Source: Tubulanus polymorphus (Eukaryota; Animalia; Nemertea). From it: a stretch of 64,000 nucleotides of DNA. Location: the NCBI RefSeq assembly GCF_964204645.1, contig NC_134032.1, positions 16,418,275 to 16,482,274 on the forward strand, written 5' to 3'. The notes under the pieces were generated by a model. That model saw only the letters and a program-made list of their open reading frames with translations, was not told the DNA's origin and did not search any database. Position numbers and translations under genes: made by a program. This document shows, piece after piece, positions 56,625-64,000 of this stretch. Every line of letters starts with the position of its first letter. Position 1 is the first letter of the stretch.

Positions 56625-56994
56625 AACACCTCTACCCTCCCTCCCCGTCAATCCCTCCCTCCCTTCACCCCTCCATCCCTCCCCTCCCTCCCTTCACCCT
56701 TCAATCCCTTCATCTCTCCCTCCTCCCTCCATCTCTCCCTCCTCCCTCCATCTCTCCCTCCTCACTCCATTGCTCACTCCTGTTGAACTATTGTGTTGTA
56801 TGATAAATTATTTGTGATTAGATATTTTGTGATAAAAATGAATGTGTGTGATTTGATTTGTATGAATAATGTTTATAAACACTGCCTTCAAATTATCTGC
56901 ACTGCTGCATTTACATTTACCATAAACGGCTACTTATACAATATACGAACAGTTCAAAATATTTGTGTTTTATTTTCACTGTCTGGACTTAGCA

Positions 56995-57755
56995 TGTTCA
57001 TGGAGGAGGATGTACAGGAGTGTCCCGGGTTCGAACCAAGCAATTACTGATACAAATTCAGAGTGCTCCTGATGCTGTATGGAGGAAGTGCAAGGTTTGT
57101 GGGGTTCGCCATCTATCGGAATTTCACTGAACTCTCGGAAATTTCTATTCTTGCTAATGATAACGTTTGACAATGAGAGGTATTTTACATGCGCCATCTA
57201 ACGGAAAATGACATTAACACATTGAATCGAAAGATAAAAGGTTCTCCTTCGTAATTACTGATATTGATTCAGAGTGGTCCTGATGCAGAATAGAGATGAT
57301 CCGGGGTGTCCCGGGTTCGAACCCAGTAATTACTGACACTGGTTCAGAGTGGTACTGATGCTGAATGGAGGATGTTATTGTACAGGGGTGTCCCTGGGTT
57401 CGAACCCAGTAATTACTGGTACTGGTTCAGAGTGGTCCTGATGCTGAATAGAGGATGTGCAGGGGGTGTCGCGGCCGTACGGTGCTGCCGCTATGCTCAT
57501 CGTTAGCGGGTTTTTCATACACTAACGCAAGCCAACTCTGGCAATCGATGTGCTTCCCTGTTACTGCCATAACCCTAGCTTGCCATAGTTGACTAACTTT
57601 AGTGTATGAAAATCCCGCTAACAATGAGCATAGCGGCAGCACCGTACGGTGAAATGTTGATATCTTAAAAGTAATTACTGACACTGATTCAGAGTGGTCC
57701 TGATGCAGAATAGAAGATGTACAGGGGTGTCCCGGGTTCACAGTAATTACTGTGT
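56995..57755 (+). repeat. Interrupted tandem array of ~80-bp units with Pol III A/B-box-like motifs
   Basis: TAATTACTGACACTGGTTCAGAGTGGTCCTGATGC..GGGGTGTCCCGGGTTCGAACCCAG repeated ~5-6x. Confidence 0.7.
57480..57644. mobile_element. Tc1/mariner-type MITE with TA target-site duplication
   Basis: TA-CGGTGCTGCCGCTATGCTCATCGTTAGCGGG ... CCCGCTAACAATGAGCATAGCGGCAGCACCG-TA. Confidence 0.8.
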
Positions 57756-57844
57756 CCCGGGCTCCATTCTGAACTAGTGATTTAGGAAATTTGAAATGGA
57801 TTGCGACCCTAACACTTATCGTAGAATGATACGCGAGTATGGTC

Positions 57845-58010
57845 ACCACACCTGACCGGTCACCAACACTGACCAGACTGGCTTAGAAACTATGTCCGGC
57901 GGTTGTGGTCGATGGCCTAGTGGTTAGTGTGCTCGGCTGGCACGCTGGAGGTGTTCGGTTCGAATCCTGCTAGGGTTAGGGTTACGGACGGGCTACGGTT
58001 AGGGTCATGG
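57845..58010 (+). mobile_element. tRNA-related interspersed repeat with (TTAGGG)n tail, copy 3
   Basis: TGGCCTAGTGGTTAGTGTGCTCGGCTGGCACGCTGGAGGTGTTCGGTTCGAATCCTGCTAGGGTTAGGGTTA. Confidence 0.68.
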
Positions 58011-58450
58011 ACGAGCCGGCTAGTTATGGGCGCAGTTTAGTATGTGACCCAGTATTCGAGAAGTATATTTTGGTGTGAATTTTTGTAGGCTATATTTCTA
58101 ATTCAATCATTTTGATAATCCGACTACAATTCACATAATAATGAATTTGGAAGCAATTTTTATTTCTGATTTTTTAAACGGAACCGGTTTGAATCCCGTA
58201 GTCCAATTTTGGTGACAGACAAAAAGCGTCACGCAATAAATGATGTATTATATATAGTGTGTGCGCGACTCTTGGGTATTTCACTCTTTACTGACAACAT
58301 ATGTTTTATGTATTGAACGCGAGCTCGATGTTGGTTTTTATAGATATTTCACAGCATAATGCGTAATACACTGAACTGGAGCTCGTATGTGCGTTCAGTT
58401 GAGTCCTGGGACGGTTCTGATGCTGGTGCTGCTGGTGCTGGTGCTGCTGG

Positions 58451-58484
<34 letters not shown>

Positions 58485-58508
58485 TGTAACAGGAATACGC
58501 CTTCAAAC

Positions 58509-61500
58509 ATGATCGGGATGTACGTCAGAATTAGTTTTATTCTATGGTTATTTGTGGTGTTTACTGCGGCTCAAGACGTCGATGAACCGCGCTGTACAAT
58601 CATTAAAATAGGTCAGTATAGTAACAGTACCGCCTTGCCTCCAGAGGTGACCTTGTCCTAGTTAGGGGTGACCTTCGTAGAGCGTCCTCTGGGTGGAAAC
58701 CGTTACAATACTGTTCATAAACATTTATACCCAGCATATGCGCTATCTATGGAGTTCTGTGAATTTTAGAATTTATCTTTAATGAATTATATTTGACTCT
58801 TGTTTCATTTTTCATTTTAATCAACAATATTGTGCAACCACCATACTCCCTGACGAGGGCGACGGTTTATCGGGGGTTGTTGTTAACTCGTTTATCTCGT
58901 TTAAATTGATACCAGTTTACAATTGGCTGTAAAACTCCGCTCATAATAAACACCGCAGTGTCGTCTTGTTATTGTGATAGGTTTGATAAGAGGAGATGAC
59001 GAATTCAGAACCGGTGCGATTGAAATTATCTTAAGAGGTTTGGTCAGTACTCAGAGATTTGAAACTTCGAGCGCAATAGTGCAATATTTCTGGAATCGCA
59101 CAGCACCAGTTTTATGTACAAATAATCGACCAGGATACAAGTTAATCACAAGAGTAGTTCACGTTCTACCAGGACGATACAGCATTCAACGTGAGTAGTT
59201 TTATCTGTGGTCAGTCAATGGCAGTTGCCCCCCCCCCCTCCACTCACAGTCAGTGGCAGTCTGTCAGCCCCCCCCCACTTACAGTCAGTGGCAGTCTGTC
59301 AGCCCCGCCCCCCCCCCCACTCACAGTCAGTGGCAGTCTGTCAGCCCCGCCCCCCCCCCCCACTCACAGTCAGTGGCAGTCAGTGGCAGTCTGTCAGCCC
59401 CGCCCTAGTCAGTGGCAGATTTGATATAAACTTTTAAATTTTTAAAATTTTAGGCAATGAAATTTTGAAAGCAGATTACGATATTTTTATCGGTTCAGTT
59501 AACGAATTAGTGTTGAACATAGCGATGACTCATTCGATCCCGTATATTGTATACGAGATGGGAACAACAGATATCAAACAGCGACGCAGCGACAAATTCC
59601 GCAATTCTACAATTATCAACATGTTCCCGTTATTTCAAGATACAATACATGTTTTCACCGATTTCGCCTCAGTGCACGCTAGAACAAGGATCTACCTATT
59701 GGCCGGCTCTGAATTCGCTGAGAGTGAGTTTATTTCATTATGGATGAACGGCCGGATAAGCTGGTTGTTGTTGCTGGTATTAATCCCGGTATATTGTTGT
59801 GTTGTAGAGGCTGCCAGTGTCCGACAGGCATTTAGTGGTAACAACCAGTACATCGAGTTAAACATCGGACTTCCTGGGAAATCCTTTAATGCGCCCTCTA
59901 TTGCTAAAACCATCGTCGAAAAAGACATCGATATCGTGTTTTACTGGTTATTTAAGGAACGATTTGATATTTTTCAGGTGATTCAGTTAAGTGTGAACCT
60001 CGGTTTCGGTTGTGAATCAATTGTAAATTCTGGATTTTGTTTCAGGTTATAGTTGAAACACAGCGACGAAGACAAGGTAAAGAAAATATCGTGTGGGTCG
60101 ATTCTAACTTGGTAAGTGACTATAGATACTGGTTCCTGCCTCGGCTGGGATTCCAACCTCTATCATTAACTCCTCCTCCCTTTCAATCTATTTACAGGAT
60201 GAAAACTTACGACGCGATTATATTGAAATAATAAAACAACACGATACAAGGACATATTGGTTCGCTATTTCTGCTCTACCATCTTTAGTTTATAATCATC
60301 GGTTCCATATTTTGGTAAACGAGCTGAAACCGTTCGAAGTTAAAAACACTGACCAGATATCTATAGGTCTCGAGCCGATTATTTTACTGATGCGCGCGCT
60401 ACAGGAAATATCGTATCGCGAGTTTACGAGTAAAAAACTGGCGAAAATTCTCAAAACGGTACAAAACATGAAAATACAACTTAAACTCGATTAGTCGCAG
60501 TGATGATCATAACATCGTTGATTACTCATCGAAATAATGACTTTTACACTTAGTTAATTGAATTAAGAAAATAAATAACGACTCGTAATTACGAGTAATA
60601 GGGATGATTTCAGTCACGTGACGACCTATACAAATGATGATGTAACAAGGTTTAACTACGTTTCAGGTCAATGAATCGATCAGATGCAGATGTTGAATTT
60701 TAATTCAATGTCGTTTAATAATTGTTGATTTATCGCACGCGCAGGAATTCCATCCATTCCATATACAATACGATCATGTACGCCACCTTTTATCGTTTAA
60801 GGTCACTATAAACCATGTAATAGATAAACGTCACTGGTGGAGGAGCGATGTTCACATCGCTGGTGATGTTTCATTCGATGAATTTGGAACCAGGGAAAAT
60901 TTCACGTTATTTCTAAGACTTCGGAATCTGCGCGGAGTTTTCAAAGAAGTAAGTTTGAAATGTCGAAGCATAAGTGAAAACTCATACTGCGCCCTCTACT
61001 GACAGTTTTGTTTATTACAATACAGAAACTATGGTTGTCGAATGATAAAACTTTACCACATTTGTTCAAATCAGCGAAACGAGACAAGGACAAAATGATC
61101 ACAATAGCAGCAGTACTGGTAAGTCTCCTCGGCGGGTCAGTAGCTGAGCGGGGGGGGGGGCATGAATAGCAGCAGTACTGGTAAGTCTCCTCGGCGGGTC
61201 AGTAGCTGAGCGGGGGGGGGGGTGCACGAATAGCAGCAGTACTGGTAAGTCTCCTCGGCGGGTCAGTAGCTGAGCGGGGGGGGGCACGAATAGCAGCAGT
61301 ACAGGTAAGTCTCCTCGGCGGGTCAGTAGCTGAGCGGGTGGGGAACCCCCTCTGGATCCGCGCCTGCAGTTATTGCAATTTACTATGCTTTATATACAAT
61401 TAATGCAATGTTTCTGAATTTCAGGATGAGCCATTTATCTTTCATAAAACTATCAATACAGTCGACTATAAACACGACAATAAAACGAGACCATTGTCTG

Positions 61501-63616
61501 ATTTTCAAGGTTTATGCGTCGACATTTTGAAAAAGATCAAACGTTATCTCCGCGATTATCAAGGTTTAAATGTGGATTTCCAGATATTACCCGTTACTAG
61601 ATACGGTCAATTAGAACGCGCAGGTGATTGGTCGGGCGCATTTGGTTATCTAGTAAGTGTTGTTTGTGTCTGTGATACTAACTAAGACCCATTTGGACAC
61701 GCGCCTTTTTCTTCCTAACTCCTATTAATGGTTTTTCTTAAACACTCGATTCATCCCACATGGCTGGGGGTCTCACAGGTTTGATCCTTCATCAATCACA
61801 CGTGACCGTTATATGTAAATTGTTTTCTCTCTGGCAGCACAACTCGTTGTATAACGTCAGTCTACTGGTCGGTGGAATATCATCAAATAAACAACGTTTA
61901 GCTGATTTTGAATTCACCGACGGTTACATATTCGACGGAATATCATTCATTTATAAGAAACATTCCTATTACAACATGTTCGGATTTGCGAAACCGTTTG
62001 ATTTGAAAGTTTGGTTCGCCCTCGCTATCGCGCTCATCGTCAGCGCCATCTTTTATTACGCCGTCTACCGGTTAAATCCTAGCGGAGCGGACAACGACCC
62101 GGACACCAGGTTCGATTTGAAGCAGAGTTTCTGGTATTCGTACAGTACTATTATTCAAGCTGGCGCCCCCTATGAACCGGTTCGGTTGCACATGCGCGTG
62201 TTCAGCTCATTTTACTTTTTCTTCGCGCTGATAGTTATAGGCTGTTACACGGGTAATCTAGCGAACTTCCTCACCGAACAGAATTACCCGAAAATGAATT
62301 CATTCGAACAACTTAGAACAACGCAAAGAAAACAAGGCAATGAGATATTCATGATAAAAGACGGCGCCACTGAGTTATATTTTGAAGATCAGGCTCGGTA
62401 TTATTTGAAGAGCGGGGACTCGATTAAATGGAAAACGGTGAAATCAGCGATTGAAGGAATTAAAACGGTGGAGAACTATACGAATTCTGATACTAGAATA
62501 TTCATCAGTAACTGGGTTCGTCTGTCGTACGCAGCAGGTAAACCATGACCTCACAACGCGTCATAATGACCGTCAAATCCTTAGTGCTAGGGGTTGGACA
62601 TTTAACGGGTTGTTTCTATAAACAGGTCGAGCGGATCGATGTGATCTAGTGGTTTCTCCATCTCTGGTAGATATTCAACCATTAGCGTTTGCCATGCGTC
62701 GAGGTTATGTGCTCAAATCTGACATACAACACGCGATGCAAGCTTTATTGAGCGAAGGGAAGGTCGATCAGTCCATGAATTAGTGAGTTCAACTTAAACT
62801 TAGTCCGATGCTACAGTTAAATTAAACCCTAACCACAACTCTAAAACCGGGTCCACAGTAGAAATCAACTCACACAACTGTGGAACTGGATTCAGAGTCA
62901 AACCTAACCCACACAACTGTGGAACTGCAAAAGCCTAAACTAATGTAGAATTGTATATTTGATACTGAAGTAATATATGATTTATGTTTGTATAGTTGGT
63001 TGAGACCGCGAGGTAAATGTCAAGTTTTTACCAAGGAAGATAAAGATGAAATTGAACCGTTAACTATTCACCATTTTGCTGGTATAATGATCATTCTTAC
63101 TGTGATGGTTATTTTCTCGTTTATCGTCGTCGGAGGGAAATTACTATTCTATAAATGTGGAGGCAAACGAACCCCGATCAGAGCACCGCCGGTAATTATT
63201 TCATCATCTAACCCCGATCAGAGCACCGCCGGTAATTATTTCATCATCTAATCCCGATCAGAGCACCGCCGGTAATTATTTCATCATCTAATCCCGATCA
63301 GAGCACCGCCGGTAATTATTTCATCATCTAATCCCCAAATGATGAATAGACGAAATCAATATGTTATAAAAGTCACATATTTAGTTCGTCCTAAAGTGCG
63401 GAAACCTGTTATCGCTGCCTGGCGGCTATTTTTATATATTCGTTATTTTCCAGGATGAAACCGAGGAAAATGAAACGAAGAAACTAAATCCCGGTGGTAT
63501 GAAATTAAAATAAACTACTAATTACTTAATTACAATTAACAACATAATCTTTAAATACAATCAGCTGTTTTTTCCTTTTTGCAGTAAAAAATCAAACACA
63601 GACCTCGAGTATCTGA
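58509..63616 (+). CDS. Divergent ionotropic glutamate receptor-family subunit (signal peptide, ATD, S1, M1-M3, S2, M4)
   Basis: Exons ~58509-58611, 58981-59190, 59454-59723, 59808-59977, 60046-60111, 60198-60458, 60802-60948, 61026-61118, 61425-61652, 61838-62537, 62626-62782, 62996-63191, 63454-63496, 63585-63616. Motifs GDVSFDEFGTRENFTL, DEPF, FQGLCVDIL, YGQ..GDWSGAFGYL, KPFDLKVW, SFWYSYSTIIQAG, YTGNLANFLT, LAFAMRRG, FAGIMIIL. Confidence 0.88.
61103..61340. repeat. ~62-bp repeat x4 spanning an iGluR exon end and 5' splice site
   Basis: AATAGCAGCAGTACTG|GTAAGTCTCCTCGGCGGGTCAGTAGCTGAGCG(G)n; donors after 61118, 61180, 61244, 61304. Confidence 0.92.
63171..63336. repeat. 40-bp repeat x4 spanning an iGluR exon end and 5' splice site
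   Basis: CCCGATCAGAGCACCGCCG|GTAATTATTTCATCATCTAA; donors after 63191, 63231, 63271, 63311. Confidence 0.93.
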
Positions 63617-64000
63617 AAAACTGTGACGTCATACGTTTACTAATCACGTGACATAGATGTTAATATCACATGGCGTCGTCGAAAGCTACTAATCACGTGA
63701 CATACGTCATATCTCTCATGACGCCATGTATCGAATAATCACGTGACTACGCAGATTAGGGGCAGGCGAGTTGAATTTAACCCCATGACTAACAATGTGA
63801 ACCATGACCTGAAATCTACAGGGTTTTTCTCTATATTTTTACTATATACATGTTTTTTCGTTGATATTTTTCTAATGAGTGTCTGATTTTATAACGTATC
63901 GATGTAAGGGTTTTCACTTGAAGGTATAAATTAAAAATATAACATAAAATATCTATTACAAATTGATAAATAAACTACATGTATATTTGAATAAATGTTC

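Noticed and set aside
57910-57985. Functional tRNA-Ala(GGC) gene
   Set aside because: No acceptor stem or poly-T terminator, it runs into TTAGGG, and diverged copies exist elsewhere; treated as a repeat.

Overview
Gene-dense eukaryotic (metazoan, probably lophotrochozoan-type invertebrate) genomic window with short GT-AG introns that are very often inflated by minisatellites. By reading splice sites and recognising protein families I can reconstruct 11 genes. In order: 3' part of STK3/4 (Hippo/MST, +), KICS2/C12orf66 (-), SELENBP1 (+), a METTL24-like methyltransferase (+), an unusually long GTSF1 (+), BLOC1S5 (-), USPL1 (+), INO80C (-), PASK (+), an uncharacterised multi-pass membrane gene (-) probably nested in PASK intron 1, and a divergent ionotropic glutamate receptor (+). 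Most long ORFs in the ORF track are artefacts of tandem repeats. Main observations: (1) many minisatellites are amplified copies of real splice junctions, most strikingly 36 in-frame tandem 3' splice sites inside a PASK PAS domain; (2) GTSF1 has GRG motifs and a PYM/eIF2A-like C-terminal module, a 4-kb hairpin-forming intronic array, and an inverted genomic copy lying antisense in the neighbouring gene's intron; (3) PASK has a candidate alternative first exon encoding an N-myristoylation/polybasic signal; (4) KICS2 has a U12-type intron; (5) a tRNA-like repeat family ends in (TTAGGG)n; (6) there is a CTCF-motif minisatellite; (7) the iGluR has Asn at the lurcher gating position. Exon coordinates were derived by eye and not checked against transcripts or databases.
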